The notes: a model not told the origin generated them from the letters alone. A stretch of DNA of 64,000 nt from an uncultured Lentisphaerales bacterium (GCA_964592855.1 CAZQKI010000001.1:23175-87174), one strand, 5' to 3'. Counted from the first letter of the stretch, positions 39,843-49,585 are shown. Numbers and translations: made by a program.

Positions 39843-40732
39843 GTACCCTGTACGACTTCCAGCCCCGGCGCCGGGGATTCACGTTGATCGAGCTGATGCT
39901 CGCGGTCACCCTGATGGCCGCCATCGCGGCGGTGACCTATTTCAGCTTTGATGCAGGCACCCGCGCCTGGCGCACCGGGACGGAACTCGCGAACAGCCTG
40001 CACCACGCCGACTATGTCCTGGAGCAGCTGGCGATGGGGCTGCGTTCGGCCTGCTACCCCGATGCCGCCACGCCGACCGGCCGTTACGGCCTGACCCTGG
40101 TGAACAACGGCGACGGTGAGCAGGCGCGCGACACGCTGGGCTGGGTGAAACTGGGGACGGCGCTTGTCGGGGCCGATTCGCCCATTGTGGGAACGCCCCA
40201 CCGCGTCGAGGTATCGGTCATGGACCCCGGCCAGAGCGAAGTGCCCGGCCAGGAAGCAGGCGGCCTGTCGGTCATCGCCTGGCGGATCGTGGCGCTGTCG
40301 GAGGATTTTGATCCGAAGGACTCGGTTAAGCCGATGATCCTGACCTCCCGCGTCATTGGGTTCAACTGCCGCGTGCTGAATCCCGAGAACAATCTGCAGG
40401 AAGGCGATGCCCCGTCGGCGGACGATGAACTGAAGTGGGACGACGAGTGGGAGAACGACTTCACGAACCGCCTGCCGTATGCCGTCGAACTGAGTCTCTA
40501 TCTCGAGCCGGCGCGCGAGCGCGAGCCTCCGCTGGAGGTGAAGCGCATCGTGGAGATTCCGCTGGCGCCACTTTCTTGGTCCGACAAGGGCGCCGCAGGG
40601 GGGCGCGCAGGCGCCGCGGGGTCGTCGGGAGGCGGTGCGAATCGCACGCGAAACGTGCGACAGGGTGCGGACGGAGCGAACGGCCAGGGGCTTTCGCCTC
40701 GGCCCCCCAAGACGGATGGCACGACCCCGTAG
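39839..40732 (+). CDS. gspJ: Minor pseudopilin, GspJ-like
   Basis: Prepilin-type N-terminus (RGFTLIELMLAVTLMAAIAAV); about 300 aa; overlaps gspI by 4 nt. Confidence 0.6.
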   Translation: MSTLYDFQPRRRGFTLIELMLAVTLMAAIAAVTYFSFDAGTRAWRTGTELANSLHHADYVLEQLAMGLRSACYPDAATPTGRYGLTLVNNGDGEQARDTLGWVKLGTALVGADSPIVGTPHRVEVSVMDPGQSEVPGQEAGGLSVIAWRIVALSEDFDPKDSVKPMILTSRVIGFNCRVLNPENNLQEGDAPSADDELKWDDEWENDFTNRLPYAVELSLYLEPAREREPPLEVKRIVEIPLAPLSWSDKGAAGGRAGAAGSSGGGANRTRNVRQGADGANGQGLSPRPPKTDGTTP

Positions 40733-40739
40733 ACGGGGC

Positions 40740-42029
40740 TCACAGCCGCTGGATGAGCACAGCCATCGTGGTGGCGTAGAGATCGCCACCGGTGGTGCGC
40801 CAGCAGTCATCCGCAAGCCAGCGAGCGCCGCCTTTGCCTGTCGTGACGCACTGCGTCGAAAGACGTTCGGAAATTTCCTCCATCGTTTGCCGGTCGTCCA
40901 TCCGGGTCGAAACGCGCGCCAGAAAGTAGTCGCGGTAGTAGTCCTCGCGCGTGGTGTCTTGCTTGGCGCGGAGCGTCCGGAGCAGGGAGGCGGCCGCATC
41001 GGCGGCGGGTTGCAGGGCGGGGTAGGTGCGTGCCGCGTCGAGCAGGGTGGCGGTGGCCATCGCGCTAAGCGTGAACCCGGCTTGTCCGGAAACGGGAACG
41101 CCCGGCGCACGATAGCCGAACTCGTGCCCGTTCGATTGCTGCTGCAACCAGGCCAGGCCGCGGCGGAGGTGGCCCTGGCTGTCCTGCCAGCCTTGCGCTC
41201 GAGCCTGCGTCAGCAGCGCGATTTGCCAGACGGTGAGCGCGGTGTTGCCGGGACCCTCGCGGTCGTAATCCCATCCGCCCTGGGCATTCTGCATGCTCAA
41301 CGAAAAGGCGATGGCCCGTTCGCGCGCCGCCTGCACCGCCGGCGACCGGGCCAGAGCCGGCGGCATGGCGAGCAGCGCGTAGGAGGCCAAAGCGTGATTG
41401 TAGAGCCGTGCGCCTTTCGTCCTGCAGAAGGCGCCCTCGTCGGTCTGCATGGCGACCAAGGCCCCGATGCCGCGCTGGATGGCACCGGCATAGTGTGCCG
41501 GCGCCTGCTGCTGCAGGGCCAGGAGCGACAAGGCGGTCAGGGCGGGACGGTAGGCGTCGTTGCCGCCCGTCTGCGAGGGTTGCCAGGTTCCATCCGTCTC
41601 CTGCTGTCCGGCGATCCAGTCGGCGGCTGCGCGGGTGTGGCGATCCAGGGCCATCGCGCGCTGCGCCGCGGTTTCCGCGTTGTGCGTGCCGATTCGCGAA
41701 AAGAGATAAAGCCCGAGCAGGACGGCAAGCGAGGCGGCCATCGCGAGGCGAACGGGGGTGAACGCCAGACGCAGGACCGGTGCCGGCCGGGCGGCCTCGC
41801 CGGGAATCGCCCGCAGGATGCGCGCGGTCAGATCCGCGCCCGGATCGCGGGTTGGAACGGCGCGCAGCGCGGAGACCGTTGCCTTCGTTGCCGCGACTTC
41901 CGCCGCGCAAACGGGGCAGGAGGACAGATGGGCCTTGAAGCGCGTGGACGCCTGAGCACCCAATGCGCCCAAAGCCCATGCCGAGGCATCGGCGCGCCGA
42001 CGACACGTTTTCGGTTGTTCGCTAGTCAT
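40740..42029 (-). CDS. Anti-sigma factor (zinc-finger, ChrR/RsrA-like N-terminus) with a TM helix and a C-terminal prenyltransferase/terpene-cyclase-like alpha-alpha-toroid repeat domain
   Basis: N-terminal HLSSCPVCAAE zinc motif; TM helix (LAMAASLAVLLGLYLF); C-terminal QW-like repeats (..QQETDGTWQPS.., ..MQTDEGAFCRT.., ..MQNAQGGWDYD..). Start overlaps the ECF sigma gene. Confidence 0.7.
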   Translation of the reverse strand: MTSEQPKTCRRRADASAWALGALGAQASTRFKAHLSSCPVCAAEVAATKATVSALRAVPTRDPGADLTARILRAIPGEAARPAPVLRLAFTPVRLAMAASLAVLLGLYLFSRIGTHNAETAAQRAMALDRHTRAAADWIAGQQETDGTWQPSQTGGNDAYRPALTALSLLALQQQAPAHYAGAIQRGIGALVAMQTDEGAFCRTKGARLYNHALASYALLAMPPALARSPAVQAARERAIAFSLSMQNAQGGWDYDREGPGNTALTVWQIALLTQARAQGWQDSQGHLRRGLAWLQQQSNGHEFGYRAPGVPVSGQAGFTLSAMATATLLDAARTYPALQPAADAAASLLRTLRAKQDTTREDYYRDYFLARVSTRMDDRQTMEEISERLSTQCVTTGKGGARWLADDCWRTTGGDLYATTMAVLIQRL

Positions 42030-42582
42030 GGCTTTCAGCTCTGGTTTCCAAGTGTTGCCGCAGTTCGCGCAGGCCGTTGAACATGCGCGACTTCACCGTT
42101 CCCACCGGTATTCTCAAGATCTTCGCCACTTCCGAATATTCCAGTTCCTGCAAGACCCCGAGCGTAATCACCTCCCGGAGGCGGGGCGACAGCCGCGCGA
42201 GCGCCTGCTGCAATTCATCCGACAAGCCGGCGGGCGCCCGGGTCTCGGCCGCTTCAGCCGCGACTTCGGCCAGCTCCGTCATCTTTTCCCGCAGCCGTTT
42301 CCGCCGTTGGCGGCGCCGGAGTTCATCGATCCAGACCTGCCGGGCCAGCAGGTAGAGAAAGGTCGTGAACTTGGCGCTTGGCCGATAGCGGTTCCGGTAG
42401 CGGTAGAGCCGTACAAAAGTCTGCTGAACCAAGTCTTCCGCATCTCTATCAACGCCGGACCGCAGGAAAAAGTTCAATAAGGGGCGTTGATGCCGACGGA
42501 CAAGGGACTCGAAAGCCTCGCGATTGCCGTCGCGGGTGAGCAGCATGAGCGAGGTGTCGTTGTCGGAAGGAGGGTCGGACAT
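42022..42582 (-). CDS. ECF-type RNA polymerase sigma-70 factor
   Basis: 186 aa; region 2 (..LVQQTFVRLYRY..) and region 4 HTH (..LEYSEVAKILRIPVGTVKSRMFNGLRELR..). Confidence 0.85.
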   Translation of the reverse strand: MSDPPSDNDTSLMLLTRDGNREAFESLVRRHQRPLLNFFLRSGVDRDAEDLVQQTFVRLYRYRNRYRPSAKFTTFLYLLARQVWIDELRRRQRRKRLREKMTELAEVAAEAAETRAPAGLSDELQQALARLSPRLREVITLGVLQELEYSEVAKILRIPVGTVKSRMFNGLRELRQHLETRAESHD

Positions 42583-42605
42583 GAGCGGGTTGGTCCGGGC
42601 TTCGC

Positions 42606-43391
42606 CTAGTTTTCGGGTTTGCGTTGAGCGAAGAACCAGGCCAGAACGGATTTGTCGGCGTAGGTCACGCCCCAGACGCCATGGCCCTGCCCCGGATATT
42701 CACGGTACTGGACCGGGGCGCCAAGCGCCTGCAGCGCGGCGTACATGTCGCGGCCGCGGCACACAGGGACGGCTCCGTCCATTTCTCCGTGAAAGATCCA
42801 GATCGGCAGATGCCTGAGCCGGGGCGACTCAGCCGTGTCGCCGCCGCCGCAAACGATCAGAGCTGCCGCAAAGCGCGCGGGATAGCGCTGGATGGCGTCC
42901 CAAGTGCCATAGCCGCCCATCGAAATACCCGTCACATAAATGCGCTGGGGGTCGACGGGCAGCGTGGCGCACTGTTGTCCGAAAAGCTCCAGCGCCAGGC
43001 GCATCGGGGCCGACGGGGTCTCGGGCATGGTATGCCGCGGCAGCGACCAGGGCGTGTCAACCCATTGACGTCCCGCGGGACATTGGGGAACGATCAGGAT
43101 CGCCGGGTCGTTGCTGATGCCTCCGTATTGAATGAGCGAAGCGATGCCATGCACGAGCTGGCTGGTGTTGTTTGTTCCGCGCTCACCCGCGCCATGGAAG
43201 AACAGCACGATCGGCAGCTTCCGACCGGGCGCGATGCCCGCGGGAAGGTAGCGGCGGAAAAGCAGCGTTTCTCCCGTCGGAGAGGTGTAGATCTCGGGGG
43301 TGGTGACCTCAGTGGGTTTTTCAGCCCGGACAGCCGTGGCGATCATGGTCAATGCTCCTAACGCCAACAGGATTCGAAAACTCGCCATCAT
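42606..43391 (-). CDS. Secreted alpha/beta-hydrolase esterase (phospholipase/carboxylesterase or PHB-depolymerase-like)
   Basis: Start trimmed to MMASFRILLALGALTMIATAVRA (aggagg RBS); GISMGG nucleophile elbow; ..LFFHGAGERG.. oxyanion region; His near the C-terminus. Confidence 0.75.
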   Translation of the reverse strand: MMASFRILLALGALTMIATAVRAEKPTEVTTPEIYTSPTGETLLFRRYLPAGIAPGRKLPIVLFFHGAGERGTNNTSQLVHGIASLIQYGGISNDPAILIVPQCPAGRQWVDTPWSLPRHTMPETPSAPMRLALELFGQQCATLPVDPQRIYVTGISMGGYGTWDAIQRYPARFAAALIVCGGGDTAESPRLRHLPIWIFHGEMDGAVPVCRGRDMYAALQALGAPVQYREYPGQGHGVWGVTYADKSVLAWFFAQRKPEN

Positions 43392-43401
43392 CCCTCCTGA
43401 T

Positions 43402-44307
43402 TTATCGTTGCTGGACCATGCGCTCGACGGCGCGCAGAGCGGGCAGACGGATGGATTCGGGTACCGTGACCACATGCTGCATGTCTTCGAGCGACCAGAG
43501 CACTTTCTCGAGGGTGATCCGCTTCATGTTCGGACAGACGAGGAGCTCGGATGCGGCAAAGAAGGTTTTGCCGGGGTTCTCCTTGCGCAGCCGGTGCAGC
43601 ATGTCGGTTTCCGTCGCGACGATAAAGGATGTGGCCGAAGATTCCTTCGGGTAGCGCAGCATGCCGCTGGTCGAAAGGACGGCATCCGCCAGCGCGACGA
43701 CCTCGGCGCGGCATTCGGGATGGGCCATCACGGCAGCTCCGGGATGGGCCTTGCGCGCGGCCACGATGTCGTCCGGTGATAGCCTGGCATGTGTCGGACA
43801 AAATCCCGGATACAGGATCATCCTGCGGCCGGTGACCTTCTGGACATAGCTTCCGAGGTGCTGGTCGGGAACGAAGAGGATCTCCCGTTCAGCAGGAATC
43901 TCCGCCACGATCTTGGCCGCATTGGCGGATGTGCAGCAGATGTCGCTCTCGGCTTTGACCTCGGCGCTGGAGTTGACGTAGGTCACCACGATGGCGCCGG
44001 GGTGCTTGGCCTTGAGCGCGCGGACGGCCTCCACGGGCGCCATGGTCACCATGGGGCATCCCGCATGCAGGTCCGGAATGAGGACGGTCTTCTTCGGACT
44101 CAGAATGGCCGCGGTCTCGGCCATGAAATAGACGCCGCAGAAGACGATGACCTCCGCATCCGTGTCGGCGGCCTTGCGGCTGAGTTCGAGCGAGTCGCCG
44201 CAGAAATCGGCGACATCCTGAACCTCGGGGATCTGGTAGTTGTGCGCCAGAATGACAGCCTTGCGGACCTGCGCGAGTTCGCGGATGCGTTCGGGAAGGG
44301 GCTTCAT
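43402..44307 (-). CDS. nadA: Quinolinate synthase A
   Basis: Start trimmed to MKPLPERIRE...; NadA motifs (..ILAHNYQ.., ..FCGVYFMAET.., ..HPECR.., ..GSTSGM..). The 77-aa upstream extension in the ORF track is basic and low-complexity, and is rejected. Confidence 0.9.
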   Translation of the reverse strand: MKPLPERIRELAQVRKAVILAHNYQIPEVQDVADFCGDSLELSRKAADTDAEVIVFCGVYFMAETAAILSPKKTVLIPDLHAGCPMVTMAPVEAVRALKAKHPGAIVVTYVNSSAEVKAESDICCTSANAAKIVAEIPAEREILFVPDQHLGSYVQKVTGRRMILYPGFCPTHARLSPDDIVAARKAHPGAAVMAHPECRAEVVALADAVLSTSGMLRYPKESSATSFIVATETDMLHRLRKENPGKTFFAASELLVCPNMKRITLEKVLWSLEDMQHVVTVPESIRLPALRAVERMVQQR

Positions 44308-44326
44308 GTAGTTTTTACGGCGGCGT

Positions 44327-45814
44327 TCACACGGGAGGCCCAGCCTCCGCGGGGGCTGCACCACCGGAAGAAACACCCTCGCCGTCAGGTGCCCGGCGCG
44401 CGTGCCGGCGTCCGCCGCGGCGCTTGCGTCTGCGGTTGTGCCCGGCAGGGGCGTCGCCCTCCGTTTGCCCGCCCTCCGCCGCTTCGGCGGGTGCGTCGTC
44501 GCGGACGACTTGTTCAGGCGTTTCCGCGTCAGGATCATCCGGGTGCGGACGCGGGTGACGACGGGGGTTTTCGCTCGGGTGGTCGGCGTGATGGTGAACC
44601 GCGGGCATCAGCGCCTGCCAGACATCCAGAATATGCATGGACTCGCCCGTCAACGCCAAACGGATGCGGGCCAGGCACAGCGCATCGGCGAACTCCGCCG
44701 CGCGCCCCGCGCGGATCCGCCGGCCGGGGGCCGGCATCGCACTGAAGCGCTGCTGGTCGTCCAGCAGATGCACGGCGTGGAAGTAAATGGCTTTGGGCAC
44801 CTTGAAGCGGGTGTTGAAATCCTCCAGGCACCGCTCGGCAATCTCCAGCTGGTTGATGTTCCGCGCGTCGGCCTTCCGGGCGGTTTCGACGGCCGCCTGG
44901 AAAATCGGATACGCCAGCACGGCGAGGTGCAGTCCGTTCGAAAAGTCCCCGCCGGCCCGCCGCTCCAGTTCGTCCATCTGGGCGAGATAGCTCCAGAGGG
45001 GCGACTTCTCCTTGCCGGACTGCTTGACGTAGCGGTCGAGATGGGGCATCAGGGCTGCCATCATGCGCGTCTCCCAGAGCAGCTTGAACGTCTTGGCGGA
45101 GGCGTTGAAGCCGAAGAGGCGGAAGATCTCTTCCAGTACGCGGGCGTCCGAGGCCTGCGCAATCTCCTGGTGATGGGTGCAGATGGCGCGATAGGTCTTC
45201 TTTTCGATAGTCAGGTCGAGGCGCGCCGCCAGGCGGACGGCCCGCATCATCCGTACGGGATCTTCACGGAAGCGGACGTTGGGATCGCCGATGGCCCGCA
45301 GCGTCCGCTGATCCAGATCGTGCAATCCACCGACATAATCGATGATGTCAAAGCTCTTGATGTCGTAGAAGAGACCATTGACGGTGAAGTCGCGTCGCTT
45401 CGCATCCTCCTCCGGGGTGCCGAAGGTGTTGTCGCTGTTCTGGTAGAGGGCGCCCGGAGCATTCTCGTCCGCAACCGTCACGGTTTCGTCGGGTTGTTTG
45501 CGGAAGGTGCTGGTTTCGATGACCTGGTTGCCGAAAATAACATGCGCCAGGCGGAAGCGGCGGCCGATGAGAAAGCAGTTGCGGAAGAGCCGCTTGATTT
45601 CCCGGGGTTGGGCGTCGGTACTGACGTCGAAGTCCTTGGGCTGCCGGCCCAGCAGGAGGTCGCGGACGCTGCCGCCGACCAGATAGCCTTTGAATCCGGC
45701 CTCATTGAGGCGGTAAAGCACCTTGAGCGCTTCGGGCGCGATGTTCTTGCGTGAAATAGGATGTTCGGCGCGTGGCCGGATGACAACCTGTTTGGGTTTT
45801 CGGAAAAATAGCAT
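44327..45814 (-). CDS. pcnB: Poly(A) polymerase I / tRNA nucleotidyltransferase-family protein
   Basis: ..GYLVGGSVRDLLLGRQPKDFDVSTDAQP.. head domain of the polymerase-beta nucleotidyltransferase superfamily; about 495 aa with a basic Arg-rich C-terminal tail typical of PcnB. Confidence 0.8.
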   Translation of the reverse strand: MLFFRKPKQVVIRPRAEHPISRKNIAPEALKVLYRLNEAGFKGYLVGGSVRDLLLGRQPKDFDVSTDAQPREIKRLFRNCFLIGRRFRLAHVIFGNQVIETSTFRKQPDETVTVADENAPGALYQNSDNTFGTPEEDAKRRDFTVNGLFYDIKSFDIIDYVGGLHDLDQRTLRAIGDPNVRFREDPVRMMRAVRLAARLDLTIEKKTYRAICTHHQEIAQASDARVLEEIFRLFGFNASAKTFKLLWETRMMAALMPHLDRYVKQSGKEKSPLWSYLAQMDELERRAGGDFSNGLHLAVLAYPIFQAAVETARKADARNINQLEIAERCLEDFNTRFKVPKAIYFHAVHLLDDQQRFSAMPAPGRRIRAGRAAEFADALCLARIRLALTGESMHILDVWQALMPAVHHHADHPSENPRRHPRPHPDDPDAETPEQVVRDDAPAEAAEGGQTEGDAPAGHNRRRKRRGGRRHARRAPDGEGVSSGGAAPAEAGPPV

Positions 45815-46024
45815 GATTGAAGGAGAGTCAAACCGTGTTAAGCGATGCCAGGACAAGAAAGATGTCCCTGGCAAAATGTGCAGACATAATAGAGCAGGGG
45901 CGCGGAAGGATCAAGAAGCGATTTTTTGCGATTGCATGAACTGCAAATGATCTTGCTCCGCCATCCGGGTATCATGCTATAGTCGTAGCGCCAAAATTGG
46001 CATGGGATAGTAGCGAGCAATTGC

Positions 46025-47044
46025 ATGGTAATTGATCATTTTCTGGCAGTCGACGCGGGGGGGACTAAATGCGAGGCGCTCCTGATGACGGCGCAGGGGG
46101 AGGCCATCGCCTTCCACGTCGTATACCCCGGTCAGGTTTCCGTGACCGGTGACTATGGGCGCGGGCGCGATTCAGCCGCATCGCTGGCGGCCATTCAAGG
46201 TGTGTTGCGGACGGCAAATCCAGCCGGGGTGATCCATTTCGTGACCGGCAACGGCGCCATGACGCATGACTTCCGGCACACCCTGAAGGCGCGTCGCGTC
46301 ACCTTGTGGCATGCCGCTGAGGCGGAGGCGGCGCAGGCCTGGGCCGGGGTCGAAGACGCGCTGGTGGCTTTGTCGGGCACCGGTGCGTTCGGCCATCTTT
46401 GCCTGGCCGGACAGAACTGGCACGCCGATGGTCTCGGCCCCCTGATGGGCGACTGGGGCGGCGCCTACCAGATCGGCCGGGAGGGCCTGCGCACCGCGTT
46501 GCGCGCCAAGGGTCCCCCCAGTCTCAATGCGGCACTGCGTGGCGCGCTGGCGCGCGAGATGGGCCTCCTCGAAGACTCAGGGCAATTGCAGAACATGATG
46601 ATCCGCGAGGGGATCCGGATCTTTGCGGACCGGACGGCGGTGGCGCATTATGCGGGGATGGTGGACCGGACGGCGCGTGCGGGCGATGCGGCGGCGGTCG
46701 GCATCCTCGAAACGGCCGCCGCTGACCTGGCGGAAACGCTGCGTTCCCTGGTCGAGCAGGCCGGCGTCGCAACGGCTGTTGCTCTGCCATTCATCGGTAC
46801 CGGTGGCGTGATTTACGGTTCGGACATCTACTGGAATCGTCTGGTGCAGTGCGTCTCAACCTTCCTGCCCAATATTCGGCCCCTGCGGCAGAATTTACCG
46901 CAGGCTGCCGGGTTGGCGCTGACAGGGTTGTGCCAGGCGGTCCACGCGGGCGAAGTGAAAGCGGATGTGGCGCGCGTCAGAGAACGGCTCTGCGCGACGC
47001 TGCCCGCCCTGTTGCAGGCATCGGATGGAAAGGGATCAAAATGA
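46025..47044 (+). CDS. BadF/BadG/BcrA/BcrD-type ATPase (N-acetylglucosamine-kinase-like sugar kinase)
   Basis: N-terminal phosphate-1 motif LAVDAGGTK; ASKHA fold length (339 aa); first gene of a five-gene operon with ATGA overlap into the next gene. Confidence 0.75.
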   Translation: MVIDHFLAVDAGGTKCEALLMTAQGEAIAFHVVYPGQVSVTGDYGRGRDSAASLAAIQGVLRTANPAGVIHFVTGNGAMTHDFRHTLKARRVTLWHAAEAEAAQAWAGVEDALVALSGTGAFGHLCLAGQNWHADGLGPLMGDWGGAYQIGREGLRTALRAKGPPSLNAALRGALAREMGLLEDSGQLQNMMIREGIRIFADRTAVAHYAGMVDRTARAGDAAAVGILETAAADLAETLRSLVEQAGVATAVALPFIGTGGVIYGSDIYWNRLVQCVSTFLPNIRPLRQNLPQAAGLALTGLCQAVHAGEVKADVARVRERLCATLPALLQASDGKGSK

Positions 47045-47784
47045 CGGCGGCATTGGATTATCTGAATACGGTCCGGGGTGTCCTGGATCATTACGAACGC
47101 ACCCAGTTGACGAACGTCGAGCGGGCGGCCGCGCTGGTCGCGGACAGCGTGTTGAACGGAGGCACGGTGCATCTGGCGGCCATCGGACACAGCAACGAGC
47201 AGGATTTCATCAACCGCGCCGGCGGGCCGGCCTTTCTGCAGCCGCTGAGTTTTTCGCTGACCCTCAATGACCCGGTTGCCGATTGTCTGAAGGCGCGGCC
47301 CCGGCCGGAGCCCTTCGACCGCGAGGTTGAGACGGTCCGGCTGGCGCTGAAGGCCGGCAACCTGCGTTCCGGCGACATCGTGGCCGTGGGCTCGGTGTCC
47401 GGCCGCAACGTCCGACCCGTCGCCATCGCGCTGACCTGCCGTGAAATGGGCATCCGGACCATCGCCTTCACCGCGCTCGCCTACACGGGCAAGGTGGACT
47501 CCGCACATCCCTCCGGCAAGAAACTGGCCGAGGTGGCCGATGTGGTGATCGACAGCGGCGCACCCTATGGCGACGCGGCCGTGACGATACCGGGCTACGA
47601 CATCGCACTCCTGCCGGTCTCGGGAGCATCGATGGTGGTGGGCGGCTGGCTGGTCTGGGGGCGGGCACTGGAACTGATGGCCGCGAAGGGCAAGCCGGCA
47701 TCGGCATTCATGAGCGTGAACCGTCCGGATGGACAGGACTACTACAACAAAAGCCTGGCGCGCTATCAGCAGCTGGGCTATTAG
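47041..47784 (+). CDS. SIS-domain sugar-phosphate isomerase-like protein 1
   Basis: 247 aa; SIS motifs (..GGTVHLAAIGHS.., ..GDIVAVGSVSGRN..); paralogous to the next gene. Confidence 0.7.
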   Translation: MTAALDYLNTVRGVLDHYERTQLTNVERAAALVADSVLNGGTVHLAAIGHSNEQDFINRAGGPAFLQPLSFSLTLNDPVADCLKARPRPEPFDREVETVRLALKAGNLRSGDIVAVGSVSGRNVRPVAIALTCREMGIRTIAFTALAYTGKVDSAHPSGKKLAEVADVVIDSGAPYGDAAVTIPGYDIALLPVSGASMVVGGWLVWGRALELMAAKGKPASAFMSVNRPDGQDYYNKSLARYQQLGY

Positions 47785-47798
47785 CACAGGAGCGCACC

Positions 47799-48539
47799 AT
47801 GTCTGCGGATGTCTATTTTAAAGAAGCGGCGGCGGCCTTGGCTCGCGTGGCGGAGACCCAGCGCGACGCGATCAGCAAGGCCGCCGGCTTGATGGTGGAT
47901 GCCATCCTGGCGGATCGGTGCCTCTTTTCCTTCGGCGCCACGCATTCATTCATTCTCACCGAGGAGCTGGTCTACCGCACCGGCGGACTCATGCTGATCA
48001 ATCCGATCTACCCGCACGGCATGAACCTGTCGGTGCGCCCCATGACCCAGACCTCGCGATTCGAACGCATCCCGGGGCTGGGCGCGGAACTGCTGGCGGG
48101 AACGCCGGCGAAGCGGGGCGACGTGCTGATCCTCGCCTCCACGTCGGGACGCAACGCCGTCACGATCGACATGGCGCTTGCGGCGCGGGAAAAAGGCCTT
48201 CGGACGATCGGCATTACGGCCATGGCTTACACGCTGGCGGTCGCCAGCCGCCATTCGTCCGGCAAAAAACTGGTCGACCTGTGCGATGTGGTGATCGACA
48301 ACGGCGCACCCTATGGCGACGCCGCCGTGGACATCCCGGGTTTTCCGCAGAAGGTGGGCCCCCTGTCCTCGCTGACCGGAATCGCGATCGTCAACGCCCT
48401 GGCGGCCGAGACGGCAGCGCGGCTCATGGCGGCAAATGTCACCCCGCCGGTCTTCATGAGCGCCAATGTGGACGGCGGCGACGCGCACAACGCCGCACAA
48501 CTCAAGGCCAATGCGCACCGCATCCACTACATGAGCTGA
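47799..48539 (+). CDS. SIS-domain sugar-phosphate isomerase-like protein 2
   Basis: 246 aa; ..RCLFSFGATHS.., ..GDVLILASTSGRN..; shares the ..SGKKL.(E/D).(A/C)DVVID.GAPYGDAAV.IPG.. block with SIS-1. Confidence 0.7.
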   Translation: MSADVYFKEAAAALARVAETQRDAISKAAGLMVDAILADRCLFSFGATHSFILTEELVYRTGGLMLINPIYPHGMNLSVRPMTQTSRFERIPGLGAELLAGTPAKRGDVLILASTSGRNAVTIDMALAAREKGLRTIGITAMAYTLAVASRHSSGKKLVDLCDVVIDNGAPYGDAAVDIPGFPQKVGPLSSLTGIAIVNALAAETAARLMAANVTPPVFMSANVDGGDAHNAAQLKANAHRIHYMS

Positions 48540-48683
48540 GCGCGCTCTTTTGGAATGTCCTTTTGGGCTTGACGCTGGGCCGCGGCTCAATTACGGTTGT
48601 CGGCTCGCGGGCATGCTCCGTCACGGTGACGGTGGGTGCTTTCGCATGGAATCAGCGTGCGCGCGGAAAAAGAGAAGGCAATC

Positions 48684-49526
48684 ATGAAGTCTTTCAAGAT
48701 CGGTGTCATGTCGGATGGTTTTCGCCTCCCTCCTCTGGAGGGTATTCGAAAGGCCGCTGAAATCGGCGCGCAGGGCGTCCAAATCTACACCGTCCGCGGA
48801 CCCATGGGGCCCGATGAGATGACGGTGGCGAGGCGCGCCGAGCTGCGCAAGCTGGTCGCCGACCTGGGCATGGTGATTTCCGCGTTGTGCGGCGACCTGG
48901 GCGGCGGTTTCCGCGATGCCGCGAAGAACCCCGAGAAGGTTGCGCTCTCGAAGCGCATCGTCGATCTGGCCGCCGATGTCGGCACGACCGTCGTGACCAC
49001 CCACATCGGCGTAACCCCCGAAGACCGCACCTGCCCGACCTACAAGACCATGCTGGCGGCGTGCCGCGAGCTGGCCGACTATGCCGCGAGCCGGAAAGTC
49101 ACCTTTGCCGTCGAAACCGGCCCGGAGACGGCCTCCGTGCTCAAGCAGTTTCTCGATGACATCGACAGCAAGGGCCTGGGCGTCAACCTGGATCCGGCGA
49201 ACCTGGTCATGGTTTCGGGCGACGACCCCGTGGCGGCGGTGCACACGCTCAAAAAGTACATCGTCCACACCCATGCGAAGGACGGCATTCAAATCAAGCC
49301 CGGCAGCGTCGAGGCGGTCTACCATGGCGCCGCGGCCAGCTCACAGCCCGCCGCCAAGTTCAAGGAAGTCCCCCTCGGCGAAGGCCAGGTCGACTGGCCC
49401 CGCTACCTCGATGCGCTGGAGCAGATCGGCTACAAGGGATTCCTGACGATCGAGCGCGAAGTCGGCGCCAATCCCGCGGCGGACATCGCCAAGGCGATCG
49501 AGTTCCTGCGCGCGAAGATCGCCTAG
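48684..49526 (+). CDS. Sugar phosphate isomerase/epimerase (xylose-isomerase-like TIM barrel)
   Basis: ATG at 48684 (agagaagg RBS); ..AVETGPE.., ..NLDPANLVM.., ..HTHAKDG.. TIM-barrel metal-site pattern. Confidence 0.75.
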   Translation: MKSFKIGVMSDGFRLPPLEGIRKAAEIGAQGVQIYTVRGPMGPDEMTVARRAELRKLVADLGMVISALCGDLGGGFRDAAKNPEKVALSKRIVDLAADVGTTVVTTHIGVTPEDRTCPTYKTMLAACRELADYAASRKVTFAVETGPETASVLKQFLDDIDSKGLGVNLDPANLVMVSGDDPVAAVHTLKKYIVHTHAKDGIQIKPGSVEAVYHGAAASSQPAAKFKEVPLGEGQVDWPRYLDALEQIGYKGFLTIEREVGANPAADIAKAIEFLRAKIA

Positions 49527-49585
49527 TTGCGACGCCAGGCCCGGTCGGTCGGCTCTGCTTGTTTCCGTCATCATTGGGGAGTATC

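Noticed and set aside
43402-44538. 77-aa basic N-terminal extension on nadA in the ORF track (MILTRKRLNKSSATTHPPKRRRAGKRR...)
   Set aside because: It is not conserved and overlaps the pcnB 3-prime end. The canonical NadA N-terminus begins at MKPLPERIRE, so the start was trimmed to 44307.
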